Shown: positions 25,123 through 38,959 of the stretch, piece after piece
Layout: each line of letters starts with the position of its first letter
Numbering within the stretch: position 1 is the first letter of the stretch
Assembly (NCBI RefSeq): GCF_036321535.1
Contig: NC_087437.1
Span: 47,866,001-47,930,000 of the forward strand
Origin: Camelus dromedarius
Taxonomy: Eukaryota
Direction of reading: 5' to 3'
Length of the DNA: 64,000 bases
Made by a program: the position numbers and the translations under genes
The notes under the pieces: model-generated
What the model saw: the letters and a program-made list of their open reading frames with translations, nothing else
Databases searched by the model: none
What the model was told of the DNA's origin: nothing

Positions 25123-28100
25123 TATCTGTGAATATTTTTATAAAAATAATTTTTATTTTTCTCTCTTACTGTTGGGTTTCTGAAGTCAGACCCAAAGGAG
25201 CGATACTGTGTTGAAGGCCACAGTTTCCTTGCTCTCGAGAAGGGCGGAACTGATTTCTCTTGTGGGGGTGGATGTACACGTTTCCTCTGTGGCTTCAGGC
25301 TGTGTAGTTTCCATACTTTCTGCTAGTTCAGTAGACATATAACTGCCTTGAGATTGCTTTCATGTGCTTACTTCAGGTGGTGGTGAAGATATGATGATTC
25401 GATTTTAATATTTTCTTACGGCTGAAACTAAAAGCTCTTTAAAAACGCCGACAAACTCTTACCAACTTGAACCTGAGTGTTGACATCCTATAACTTTATC
25501 AAATTTTTACGTAGTTTGGAAATAAGCTTTTCTTTGTTATTGCTGTATCTTTCCCCATTCTGTTATTGTTGGTTTTCTGTTTGTTTCATTACATTTTGTA
25601 ACGTAAAACGTGCTCACTAGTGTTTACATTTTTATCCTCAAGTACTCCATCTCTTTTGATATCCCATGTTTTCTTGGCCAGAAATTATTTTCCTCTTCCC
25701 AAGTAGGATAAATATGCTATTCTGCTCTTTTCCAGTTTTTGAAGTGCTGATCTATCTGGACCTTATTATAGTGTTTGGTATAAGATGTGTGTCATCTTAG
25801 GTTAATTTTCTTCTATGCTGATGTCCGACTGTCCCAGTAACTTTTATTACTGATTTCTTCCTCCCACCCCCATTTCTGTATATCTTGTGGTTTACTTACG
25901 GCAGCAGTGATCATAGAATGAATATATTTTTGGAATCTCCATTATTATGCTACCATTTATTTAAAAAAAATTAGTCCAATATATGTGAATTGCATTTGTA
26001 GTCTATTTTAATTTAATAAAGCACTCTACTACTACTACTTGAAAAAAGTATTGTTTTGTGTGCTGCCCTCTTACTCTTTGAGTTGCATTTCACTGTCAGT
26101 TGGTACAGTTCTCTAACCTGCCTGATTTATTTTTTAAAAATTTTTTCTTTAATTTTTATCTTTTTTGTAAAGACACAGCACATCAAACCTTAAGACAATG
26201 GACACCAGACATTAAGACAGAGGTGGGCCATCCCAGTCTTTACAGTCAAGTATAATTACTCTTCTTCTTGTGTGTACTCTGCCAGCATTACTACGAAGTC
26301 CAAGATGTGGCCCTAGTTTGTGCAGTTTCAGCACGGTGCTTAAACAAGAACATCCTGCCTCATTTCCTTGGCTGCACTTTTGGTCACACGAAGGGAACTG
26401 CTTTGGAGTGCTTTCTAGGGGCAAAGATCTTAGTGGGGGTGTGGGTGGTCAATGAGAGGATGAGGTTGAAGGTTTGAAAACTTAAGAGTCAATTAGCTCT
26501 GATTGATCCCAAGCTATAATCCATTCTGTGTGCTTTGGTCGCAAAGGAATTTGGGGGAGATTTGTCAGCACAGACTTCTCAACATTAGTAAGAGAAGCTG
26601 TTCAGAGCACATGGCATGGAGTATTGATTTTGTATGTGAAAGAAATTGTCTTATAGGACCAGCATTTAGACATTAATGAGGCAAGAGGGAAGAAAGTATA
26701 GATCATTAGACTTGGGGGGTGTTCTGTATGGTTAGCTTTTAAAGGGTTTTCTGTCTCAGTGTGTCTTGAGTTTTCAGAATTACTGGCAAGTGCCCTGGAG
26801 AGTGCCTTCATCTCAGAGCCTCTGGTGAGAGGCATGTGCTGCTTTAGAGGCCAGCCCGTGTGCTGGATGGAAGATGCCCGTGGATGTTTGTAGTAGGATC
26901 CTTCCCTATGCGGGGTTGTCTGTGAGTGCCAAAGCGTTTTTCTCTTTGTGACAATATCAAGTGACTCCAGAAATTTGAGATTGAAAGTTTGGCATGTCAG
27001 ATTTTTATCAAGATCTCTAATAAGTCAAAGACTCTTGGCAATGAAATAGCAAAGACTGTATAATTATTTTAGAGATTACTCTTGCATTATATAGCTAATC
27101 TATATTTTTCTTCAGAAGAATGCTCTGTTTGAACATTTTTCTTAGCTTGCTAACTTCTTGGTTCACCCATTAGCTGCCTAATACATTTTTTCTGACAGGT
27201 TAATATTTGTTATTCGCAGGCTGTGTGGCTGTCAGACTCGCTTTTTTTGTTCCTTCTGCTTTTTCCCTGCTTCTGCTTAATTCCCGCTCAATTATAAAAT
27301 AATTGAGATAATAGGAGATAGCACACAGAACTTTTAGCTCACAATAAATAATTATTGATGTTTATGTACTACTTTATAGTACAGAGGGCGTGTCATCCCC
27401 TTTGAACATCATGAAACCCTGTGAGGTAGGAATGATTGGTTCAGCCATGTTTGTTGAGGAAAAACACTGAAGCTCAGAGACCGTATGACAAACCTGTTTA
27501 GGCCACAGGGCTAATTAGTGGCAGTTTAGGACCTTGGGTTACAAATCTCATTTCCTCCAGTATATCTTCTGGTTTGAATTCCTTTTGATCCAAATACATT
27601 TTCTTGGAAGAGAATGGAAGTGATTTTTTTTTTTAAGCTCAATTTAATGGGCTTAATGAATAACTGACAATTATAATGATGCAATATTTTTTTCCTTAAG
27701 GATTATGACTATGCAAAAGAATATGTTTATTAAAAAAAACTTTTGAAAATATTTACCTGATCTATGGATCAGGTGAATGCAATGTGTTACCTCTAGTTGA
27801 AGAAATTTTCTAATTTTAGTCCAATGATCTCATTTAAAGGAAAAAAGCTAACCAGAAGCATAAGATGTATAATACTGAGTTTTTTTGGATGGTATATTAT
27901 AGTCAAGTTTTAAAAATTTCATTTGTAAGTATTGCCAGTGTATAAAATTGAAATTGATTTTTTATCTATTGACCTGTATTCCATGACCTGGCCAAATTAA
28001 ATTCTTTATTAGTTTTACTAGTTGTTATTTTAGTAGTTTGTAGATTCCTTAGGATTTTCCGTATAGACTATAATGTCATCAGCAAATTGAGACCATTTTC

Positions 28101-29410
28101 TTTCTTTCTTTGTGATTATTGTGCCTTTTTCTTGCCTTATGCAATGTAAATGCTGTAATAATAAGCACACGTTTGTGCTAATGCTGTCATAATGTTCTTG
28201 TTGTGACAAGAGTCCTTTATGTCTGGCTTATAAACCATAGCTACAGTGTTGGAAAACTTTATTAGAAATTAAAAAAAATAAACAATCTTGAGGTATTGGA
28301 ACCTTAAAATTATTTTTCATATATTTGCAATGAGCATCAATGTCTGTTTTGATATTGTAGTTTGTGCTCTTCTAAAATTCAATGTAAGGATTTTTGGTAG
28401 GTGTTTGTTGGCAATTCTGACAGGCGTTTAAAATTCTTGCTTTTTAAAAAATTATTTGGAAGGGTAAGACTAGTAGCATAATAAAAATCTATTTCTGCTG
28501 AGGAAAGGATGGCTGATTTTATAGGCTAAGTTTACAGAGAAGCACATTAAGCAAAGTGAGAGAAAAGGAGAGATGAAACTGGGATAGAAAATCAAGTGTC
28601 TAAAATGTGAACACTGTCCTTGACTGTTCAAGTATGTCTATAATTAATAATATTTGAAATGTGGCATAGAGGGATAAAAGAGAAATAGATTCAAATTTAA
28701 CTCTGACACTTCCAAGCTATGTGAACATGGACAAGTGACTTATCCTTCGTTTTTTTTAAACTGCACAATGGAAATCATACTAAGCAGCGTGCAGTATTGT
28801 TAGGACTAGAAATAGTACATGCAAAGCCCCTGGCACACATCAGGCATGCAATAAGGTGAGGACTCCGTCCTTTATTACTTACTTATTACATTATTATTTA
28901 TTTATTGAATTGTTATTATTTATTTAATGGGTACCATCAGATACCATGCATCACCAAAGGAAGGGAATAATATCTTTGAAGCATCCTATCCTGTGAAAAG
29001 GGTATAAGACTTTATGTTCCTGGAGATTTTCACTGACCAAGGAGGAAGACTGGTGATGAACCATTGCAGTGATGGTTGCTGGATCATTTGCCAACTTTCT
29101 TCTATCTCTGATCGTCCGTTACCCTGGTTTAGAAAGTCAGACAGGCATGTTTATTTCCCAGGCTCTCTGAGGAGCTCCCTGCCTGTGAGACTGTGCTCAG
29201 CTGGCTGGGAGCACTTGGAACCCCAGGTTGGGCAGGAGCTGCTGCTGGGTGGCTGTGAGCTTTTAGAGGTCACCGTAGATGACTACCACGGCCAGGTGGC
29301 CTTTTGCTAGACTTTGTTTTCATTGTTTGTCATCGTTTGCCTTCCTTCCCCTTTCCTTTTTCTGCATCTAGACTGCTTGACTAATGTTGTAATGTGTCTC
29401 TTTCTTCTAG

Positions 29411-29536
29411 AATTCTGAAGGTGGACTCTATGTATGCATGAATACATTTTTGGCCTTTGGAAGGGAACACGTGGAAAGACATTTTCGGAAAACTGGACAG
29501 AGTGTCTACATGCACCTGAAAAGACATGTGCGAGAG
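29411..29536 (+). CDS. USP13: USP13 coding exon 2 (aa 57-98)
   Basis: Acceptor tttcttctag; [42 protein letters not shown]; donor GAG|GTGAGG. Confidence 0.97.
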
Positions 29537-30865
29537 GTGAGGTACACGCTTTGGGGGAACTGGCCTTGACACCTTCCCTGTAATGTGGTCTTAGTGGGTG
29601 GGTTTCATCCCATGGAGATTTTACTATGCCCACATAACTTCTCATTCTCTTGGATGATGGGAAAGAAAGATAGCACTGTTGGCAGAGATTCATAGGTTTC
29701 CCAAACGTTATCTTAGCCAGTTTTATATTTCTCTTCCTCTAAACTTCTGATTAGAATTGTTCAGAAAGACATGGATTGGCTGATTGAAAAAAAAAATCAA
29801 GTCTAAAAGTATAGAAAATAATGCCAGAAACACTCATGGATACAAAAATCAGAAACAAAAAACATTTGGATATTTTTGCTTCATGTTCTGCTTCTTTTTT
29901 TTAAGCCAGAGAGAGAGCTTTCCTAAAAGTTCAAGTCCCTTTTGGTCCCCTCCCTCTGCAGAAGTAACCGCTGTTGTGAATTCGTTGTTTCTCATTCCCG
30001 TGCATGCCATTATATTTTATGTAGCTATATGGGTATTCATGAACAGTGTGTAGTATGGCTTCATGTGTTTTAAAGATGTCGATAAGCATCATGTTGCTAC
30101 CTCTAATTCTCCGTGGAGCTTTCCCCTGCAGCAGAATCTATCCATGCTGCAGTGCATCTGGATGTATTTAATTCATTTCAGTAGTTGTTTGGTGTTCCAC
30201 CTTGTCATCTGTTCTTCTATTCATTTAGATTGTTTCCATTTCTTTTGCTTCTACAAACAACGTACTGAATAACATTTTTATACATTTCTCCTGGGGAAAC
30301 ATGTACAAGATTTCTTTCAGAAATACACCTACAAGTGGAAATACCAGCTCAGGAGTGTGCTTATCTTCATTTTTCCTAGATATTGCCAAGTCCCTCCCCA
30401 GAGTGGTTGCACCAGTTTATATGTCAATCTGCAGTGATTATGAGTATGTTGCCCCACACCCTCACCAACACTTGATCAGACTTGATTTTTGCCAATCTAA
30501 TGATTGTTGAAGTGGCATCTAAACATTTGGCATTTCCTTGAGGAGATTTCGTATGTTCATTCTTATTTTTTGTTTTCTGACTTGCTTATTTATATTTTTG
30601 GCCTATTTCTTTCTGGGTTTATCTTTTTCTGATTAGCTCTTTTTACATTCTGGATACCAAAAATTTGTCTGTTACATACAAGTTTTCTTACTGTTTGTGA
30701 CTTGTCTTTTTACTTTGTTTATGAATTAATTTGTAGAACAGAAGTTTCAAATTTTGATGTAGTTAATTTGTTAAACTTTTATGATTTGTACTTTTTGTAT
30801 CTTGTCTAAGAAATTGTTTCCAACTGAAGGTCATAAAGATATTTCTTCTAATTTTTTTTCCAGAA

Positions 30866-30934
30866 GTGCGTGCACACGCGTGTGTATGTGTGTGTGAATG
30901 TGAGAGAGACACAGACAGACAGACAGACAGACAG
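30866..30934. repeat. Compound (GT)n/(GA)n/(GACA)n microsatellite
   Basis: Read directly. Confidence 0.9.
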
Positions 30935-30958
30935 TGAATGTTTTAATATTTTAGGTCT

Positions 30959-33900
30959 TTTTAAAATTGAAGTATAGTTGATTTACAATGTTGTGTTAGT
31001 TTCTAGTGTACAGCAAAATGGCTCAGTTATACATATATAACTTTACATATATAGCTTTATACATATACATATATAGCTTTTCCATTCTGGTTTATTACAG
31101 AATATTGAATATAGTTCCCTGTGCTGTACAGTAGGACCTTGTTGTTTATCAGTTTTATATATAGTAGTTTATATCTGCTAATCCCAAACTCCTAATTTAT
31201 CCATTCCCACCCTCTTTCCCCTTTGGTAACTGTACGTTTATTTTCCATGTCTGTGAGTCTGTTTCTGTTTCATAAATAAGTTCTTTTGTGTCATATTTTA
31301 GATTTCACCTGTAAGTGATACCCTGTGGTATTTGTTTTTCTCTTTCTGGCTTATTTCACTTAGTATGATAGTCTCTAGTCCATTCATGTTGCTACAGATG
31401 GCATTATCTCATTCTTTTTTGTAGCTGAGTAATGTCCCATTGTATATAAATACACCACATCTTCTTTACCCAGTCATCTGTTGATGGACATTTAGGTTGC
31501 TTCCATGTCTTGACTAGTGTAAGCAATGCTGCTACAAACATTGGGGTGCACGTATCTTTTTGAATTAGAGTTTTCATCATTTCTAGATATGTGCCCAGGA
31601 GTGGGATTGATGGATCATATGTCACCTTTATTTTTAGTTTAAAAAAAAAAACTCCATACTGTTCTCCATAGTGGCTACACCAATTTACATTTCTACCAAC
31701 AGTGTAGGAAGGTTCCTTTTTCTCCACACCCTCTCTGGCATTTGTAATTTGTAGACTTTTTAATGATGGCCATTCTGACTGGTGTGAGGTGGTACCTCAC
31801 TGTAGTTTTGATTTGCATTTCTCTTTAATTAGCGAAGTTGAGCATCTTTTCATGTCCTTATTGGCCATCTGTATGTCTTTATTGGAGAAATATCTAGTTA
31901 GGTCTTCTGCACATTTTTTTTGATGGAGTTGTTTGATTTTTTTGTTATTGAGCTGTATGAGCTATTTGTATATTTTGGAAATTAAGCCCTTGTCAGTCTC
32001 ATCATTTGCAAATATTTTCTCCCAGTCCATAGGTTGTCTTTCTGTTTTGTTTATGGTTTCCTTTGCTGTGCAAAAGCTTATAAGTTTTATTAGGTCCCAT
32101 TTGTTTATTTTTGCTTTTATTTCTATTGCCTTGAGAGACTCACCTAAGAATATGTTGCTGTGATTTATGTCAGAGAATGTTTTGCCTATGTTTTCTTCTA
32201 GGAGTTTTATGGTGTCATGTCTTATATTTAAGTCTTTAAGCCAGTTTGAGCTTATTTTTGTCTGTAGTATGAGGGAGCGTTCTAACTTCATTGATTTACA
32301 TGTGGCTGTCCAGCTTACCCAACACGACCTGCTGAAGAGACTTGTCTTTTCTCTATTGTATATTCTTGCCTCCTTTGTTAAAGATTAATGGACCATAGGT
32401 GAGTGAGTTTATTTCTAGGCTCTCTATTCTGTTCCATTGATGAATATGTATGTTTCTGTGCCAATATCACACTGTTTTGATTATTGTAGCTTTATAGTAT
32501 TGTCTGAAGTCTGGGAGAACTATGCCTCCAGCTTTGTTTTTTTTCTTCAGAATTGCTTTGGCAATTCTGGGTCTTTTGTGGTTCCATATAAGTTTTAGGA
32601 TTATTTGTTCTAGTTCTGTGAAAAATGTCCTGGGTAATTTGATAGGATCATACTAAATCTGTAGATTGCTTTGGGTAGTGTGGCCATTTTAACAATAATT
32701 TTTCCAGTCCAAGAGTATGGAGTATTTTTCCATTTCTTTGCATCACCTTCAGTTTCCTTTATCAGTGTTTTATAGTTCTCAGCATATAAGTCTTTCATCT
32801 CCTTGGTCAGGTTTAATCCTTAGTATTTTCTTTTTTTTGATGAGATTTTAAAAGGATTTTTTTTTTAACTTTCCCTTCTGATATTTCATTGTTAGTGTAA
32901 AAAAATGGAACAGATTTCTGTAAGTTAATATTGTGTCCTGCTACCTTGCTGAATTCATTTCTCAGCTCTAGTAGCTTTTGTGTGTAGTCTTTAGGGTTCT
33001 CTATATAGTATTATATTATCTGCATATAATGATAATTTTACCTCTTCTCTTCTAATTTGTATCCCTTTTATTTCTTTTTATTATCTGATTGCTGTGGTTA
33101 AGACTTCCAATATTATGTTGAATAGAAGTGGTGAGAGTGGGCATCCTTGTCTTGTTCCAGATTTTAGTGGGCAGGCTTTCTGCTTTTCACCATTGAGTAT
33201 TATGTTGGCTGTGGGTTTGTCATAAATAGCTTTTATTATGTTGAGATACGTTCCCTTTGTACCTACTTTGGTAAGAGTTTTTATCATCAATGGATGTTGA
33301 ATTTATCAAATGCTTTTTCTTATCTATTGAGATGATCATGTGGTTTTTGTCCTTTCTTTTGTTGATGTGGTGTATCACATTAATTGATTTGTGTATGTTG
33401 AACCATCCTTGTGTCTCTTGGATTAATCCAACTTGATCGTAATGTATGATCTTTTTTATGTGTTGTTGTATTTGGTTTGCTAATATTTTATTGAGAATTT
33501 TTGCATGTATATTCATCAAAGATACTGGCCTGTAATTTTCTTTTTTGGTAGTGTCTGTCTACTTTGGTATCAGGGTGTGATAGTGGTGTCATATAATGAC
33601 TTTGAAAGTGTTCCCTCTGCAGTCTTTTGGAAGAGTTTGAGAATGATCCATGTAATTTCTTCACTGTATGTTTGGTAGAATTCCCCAAGGAAGCCATCCA
33701 GTCCTGCACTTTTATTTGCAGGGAGTTTTTTTTTTTAAATTATGGATTCTATTTTACTTCTAGTTATTGGTCTGTTCAAATTATCTATTTCTTCTTGATT
33801 CAGTTTTTGGTGGGCTGTACATTTTTAGAAACTTGTTCATTTCTTCTAGGTTGTCCAATTTGTTGGCATGTAATTGTCCATAGTATTCTTTTATAGTTTT

Positions 33901-36900
33901 TTTGTATTTCTGTGGTATTGTTTATTATTTCTCTGCTTTCATTTCTTCTTTTGTTTCTTTGGGTCCTCTGTGTTTTCTTCTTAGTTAGCCTGGCTAGAGG
34001 TTTGTGGATTTTGTTTATCCTTTCAGAGAACTACTTCTTAGTTTTACTGGTTTTTTTTTTTTTTTTTTTTTTGCTTTGTTTTGTTTTGTTTTTTAAATCT
34101 CTATTTTATTATTTCCTCTCTGATCTTTATTATTTCCTTCCTTCTGCTGACTTGAGATTTGTTCTTCTTTTTCTAACTCTTTTAAATGGTGGATTGTTTA
34201 TTTGAAGTTTTTTTCTTTTTTTTTTTTTTTGAGGAAGGCCTGTATCACCTGCATTGCTATGTTCCCTCTAAGGACTGCTTTTGGTGTATCCCATAGATTT
34301 CATATGGTTGTGTTGCCATTGTTATTTGTCTCAAGGTATTTTTAAAATTTCCTCTTTTATTTCATCATTTACCCATTGGTTTCTTAGTATCACACTGTTT
34401 AGTCTCCATGTAATTGATTTTTTCCTCATTTCTCTTTCTGTGGTTGATTTTTAGTTTCATGCTGTTGTGGTCAGAAAAGATGCTTGAAATAATTTCTAGC
34501 CTCTTTAAATTTGTTAACACTTGTCTTGTGTCCTAGTATGTGGTTAATCGTAGAGGATGTTCCATGTGCACCTGAAAAGAATTTGCATTCTGTTTCTTTT
34601 GGATGTAATGTCTTGAAAATATCAATTAAGTCTAACTGTTCTATTGTATCATTTAGGATCTCTGTTGCCTTATTGATTTTCTGTCTGGGAGATCTGTCCA
34701 TTAATATGAGTGAGGTGTTAATGTCTCCTACTATTTTTTTATTCTCATCAATTTCATCTTTTAGGTCCATTAATATTTGTTTTATGTATTTATGTGTTTC
34801 TATATTGTGTGCCTATATGTTAACAAGTGCAATATCTTTTTGCATTGATCCGTTTATAATATATGTCCTTCTTTATGGCCCTTGTTTTTATTTAATTCTT
34901 ATTTTTTACTGAAGTATAGTTGATTTACAATGTTAGTTTCGGGTGTACAGCAAAGCAATTCACTTATACATATACATACATATATATGTATTTTTTTTAG
35001 ATTCTTTTCCATTACAGCTCATTATAAGAAATTGAATATAGTTCCCTACCTATACAGTAGGTCCTTGTAGTTTATCTATTTTGTATATAGTAAAGTATAT
35101 CTATTAACCCAAACCTCCTAATCTGTCCCTCCTCCCCCTTTTCCCCCCTGGTAACCACAGTTTGTTTTATATGTCTGTGAGTCTATTTCTGGTTTGTAAA
35201 TAAAATTTGTAATTTTTTTTTTTTAGATTCCACGTATAAGTGACATCATATGATATTTGTCTTTCTTTGTCTGACTTACTTCACTTAATATGATAATCTC
35301 TAGTTTCACCCATGTTGCTGCAAATGGCAGTTTGTTATTTATTGCCTTTAGTTACTTTGTCTTTTGTCTCAGCAAGTGAGGTTTCTAATTTTAATTGGCT
35401 CTTCTTTATAGTTTCTAGTTCCTCTTTACAGTAGTCTACATTTCTGTCAATAGCCTTTCTTAATTCCTCCAGAATTTTCATTACCCTGTTTTGAACATGG
35501 GATCTGGTAAACGGGAGAGGTATATTTCATTTTTTTCTTTTTTCAGGGGACTTCTCTTGTTTTTTTAATTAAGAGTGGTTCCTCTGCTTCTTTACTTTAC
35601 TTATAGTTCACTGACTATGAATTTAGGAGTAACAGGTATCTACTGTGGTCTTGAAGGGCTGTTTTTATGCGGTCCCTGTGTAGCCTGCATGAGTCTAATA
35701 TTTTTGTTGGGGCTGTTTTTAGTATGGAAGCCTGCTATATATCCTTTCACTGTGTGTGCAGGCTGTTATCCCCTCCATAGGGGATATGATTGGTGTTGTG
35801 ACGAGAGCCGGCGCTTGATGTTGGGCAAGGCATCCTCTTTGCTCTGTGGTGTCACAGCCATGTCGGGGGCAGGGTCTGCTCCCCAGTTGTTGGAGTAGAG
35901 GCCCTCCTGACCCGTTTTTGAGCTGTGGTGTGAGATAGGCGGGACTGGAGTACTGCTGCTGGGAAACACGCCACCGCGTATTCCTCCCCAGGGGCCGTCC
36001 ATCGGGAAGGGCACTCTGTGGTGTCTCCTGTCACCTGGTGTGTGGGTTCACAAAGTACACTGTTTTTGGCACTGCCCTCAGCCTTGCCTCAACCATAGGT
36101 AGTCAGGCAGTCGGCCTGGGTGTTCACAGAGCCACCTGTGAACCTGTGCTCACCTGTGCTCACAGAGCCACTAGTGCACATCCATTAGCACAGAACCGCT
36201 GAGCTCAGGCAGTGGGGCTGCCGTAGTTGCACACCCAGATCCACTGTGGGTCTACTGAGTTAGCCCAGATCCCAGCCCTACTTCTTCAGCCTGCAGCTGC
36301 TACTGCTGGACCGCACTGGCCCCAGGAGCACAAGTAGTCTGCTTGAATGTCCTGCAGGCACTGAGTTTACAAAGCTGCCTGTGGCATGTAAATCTGTGGA
36401 TCACTCAGCCACTGGGACACTTAGATTTCAGCCCTGCTTCTGCGTGACCCTTGGGGATTGGCTCAGATTTCAGCCCTGTCTCCGCATGTGCGCAACCCAC
36501 TCCACTTGTGTGGTCCCAAAACTCTTAGAGGCAGAGTTGCGCATTGTGAGCACCCCGAGAATAAGGCTGCCGTGGCGGCCCCACTCCTCCCTTCAGTGTG
36601 CATGTTAACAATGGGGCTTCAGTGGTGGCCCCCAGCATCTTGTGCACACCCCTGGTTGTGCCTTGGACCACACTCCAGCCCCTCCATGCAGCCAACCCCA
36701 GGCCTCTTCCCAAGTCTGCTCTCTGAAGCCTGAGTTTCAGCACCCAGCCCTTGTGTGCACCAGCAGATATATGCCGAGGGCTGGGGAGTGCAGCGAGGTG
36801 GCTGGGACTCTGTGCTGGTCTCGCTCTGTTCTGCCTGCCACAGACCTGCTGCTGGGTTCTCCTCTGACCCTCTGAATCTCCCTGACTGTCCTGGCTGATA

Positions 36901-37170
36901 TCCCCGCTGGTGAAGGGGCTTCCCAGGGAGAGGGAACCTTTCTTCTTTCGCAGTTCCCTCCCAGGGGCGCAGGTCCCGTCCCAATTCCTTTGTTTTTTTG
37001 TTCGTCCTGTTGGTTATGTGATAATCTTGCAATTTTGGTTTTATGAGATCTTCTGCCAGCGTTCAGCAGGTATTCTGTGAGAATTTTTCCGCATGTAGAT
37101 GTATTTTTGATTTATTTGTTGGAGGAGGTGAGCTCCACGTCCTTCTGTTCTGCTATCTTGACCTGGCCCC
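30959..37170 (-). mobile_element. 5'-intact decayed L1 with internal deletion/replacement
   Basis: ORF2 pieces: EN (IVGDINTSL...NHILGHK), RT ([19 protein letters not shown] near 33020), C-terminus. ORF1 N-terminal coiled coil at about 35340-35500; GC-rich 5'UTR; 5' end GGGGCCAGGTCAAGATAGC; TSD TTTTAGGTCT at 30949-30958 and 37171-37180. Confidence 0.9.
34885..35328 (-). mobile_element. Nested L1 3'-end fragment
   Basis: Second copy of tgaagtatagttgatttacaatg...catgttgctgcaaatggca, closely similar to 30968-31402. Confidence 0.85.
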
Positions 37171-38959
37171 TTTTAGGTCTAATTCATCTATAACCTACTT
37201 TTATACTTGTGTCAAATGTGGGATTCTGCTCCTCCCCCTCCCCCTTTTTAATAACTAATTGTCTCGGTATTACTAGAGTAGTACAGTCCTTTCTCAGTGG
37301 TTTATAGTGCCATTAAAAAAAAATATTTTAAGTTGCCAGTCACACTTGGGTCTGCTTGGGGGCTCTCAGTTCTGTTCTGTTGCTCTTATTTAGACAAATA
37401 TCTCTGTACTGTTCCCAAAGGTCTTGACATCTAGCAGTAGAAGCACTTCTTCCATGTTCATTTTTTCCTAGAAATTTAATGGGTTTAGATGTTGATTTTT
37501 CTATATAGATTTTGGAATCAGTTCATCTAGTTAAAAAAATCTTGTTGAGATTTTGATCATGATAACACTGAATTTGTAGGGTGATCTATAATCCACAGCA
37601 CTGTGTAAGCTCCATGAGGAAGGAACTCTTGTCTGCTTTGTTCACCTCTGTGTCCTCAGCACTTAACAGTGCCCAGCACATAGCAGGTGCTTCATAAACA
37701 CTGATTGAATGACTGTTCAACATGGCATACCCCTCTATTGATTCAGGTCTCTTTTATGCCCTTCAGTAATATCTTGCAATTTTTAATAATGGAGCTTTTA
37801 TTTTGTTAGATTTCTAAGGGTACCCTATAATTTTTAGAACTATTGTTACTGCTGTCTTTTGTCCTCTAAGGTGTTTTAATTGGTTATTGATGGTGTTTGG
37901 GGATGTTATTAATTTTCAAATATTGATTTTATGTTTAGCAATACTGTTCAACTTTTGCATTAGTCCTAATAGTTTGTAGACCGTCTTGGATCTTCTAAAT
38001 AGTCCATGCTGATTTAAAGTTCATCTTTCTCTCACCCTAGCCTAGCTAATATGTTCTCTGTTTAAGTTCTGGACAAAGGAGAGATCCCCTAGTTGGACAG
38101 TGGGGAGAATAGGAGGAAGAAAGGCCAGGAGGTCAGATAGGTCATAAACTGAATGATTAGCTTGAAAATAATCTAACGTTGGACTGATGTTACGTGATTT
38201 ACATTCACCACTCCTGTTAGGTGGGACATAGCAATTCTGATGAAGTTCATTTTGTATCATCTGTCTTAGTGGAAAGTGATGACGTTTTAGGAAACTGGGA
38301 GGGAAAAATGAAACTGAGGCCCAGAGGCTTGAAACAACTTGCTCAGGGTCACAAAGCTAGTGGCAGAATTAGAGAATGCAGTTAGCTCTGCCTCTGACGC
38401 TTTAAGCATTTCACTTTCCGACCACAGCCCTCTCTCATGTTAGCTCTTTCACCCATTTGTTCCTGTTTTGACCTGTTTAGCCTCATTCTCAGGATCCATG
38501 ACTTGAAACATTCTCTTTTTATTGATACCCTCAACTGACCCTCATCCCCTTGTCTTGCCTCCCTGGCTGTCCTCCAGAACCCCAGCCCGTGCACACATCA
38601 GTATCATCCTCTGCTTCCACGCACGCACGGCTCGGAATCCCGCACTGCCATGGGGTTTGGGACTGTGTCAAATTCCTGGCCTTGCCTTTTCCACTGGGCC
38701 CTGTCACTGCCCTGCAACCCTGCTCTACTTCCTCTCCCACTCCAAACTTTGGGTGCTTTCCATGAGCCCCTACCTGCACCTCCCTCATCGTTCTCAGAAA
38801 ACAACTGGACTTGTACTTCCCAGAGAAAACAGGGACCGCTGGACAGGAACTCCCTGAGCTCCTTCCTCCCCTCCTGGGAACTCATTTGCAGTGGCTCCAC
38901 TTTGGTTTCCTCCCATCTCTGCAGAAAGCTGTGTTCTCTCTATTCTCCTGCCTCATTAA

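Larger units (their letters stand above)
29900..38000 (-). mobile_element. Ancient L1M remnant, split by the younger L1 at 30959-37170
   Basis: Degenerate antisense L1 3'UTR/ORF2-like sequence at about 29900-30860 resumes colinearly after 37180; outer boundaries approximate. Confidence 0.6.

Noticed and set aside
24791..25183. Hydrophobic + strand ORFs (also 31933, 33912, 34511)
   Set aside because: They are the T-rich antisense reading of L1 ORF2.
26140..26424. Possible processed pseudogene (T-rich tract next to a 70-aa minus ORF)
   Set aside because: No recognisable parent protein and no TSD found; a BLAST search would settle it.
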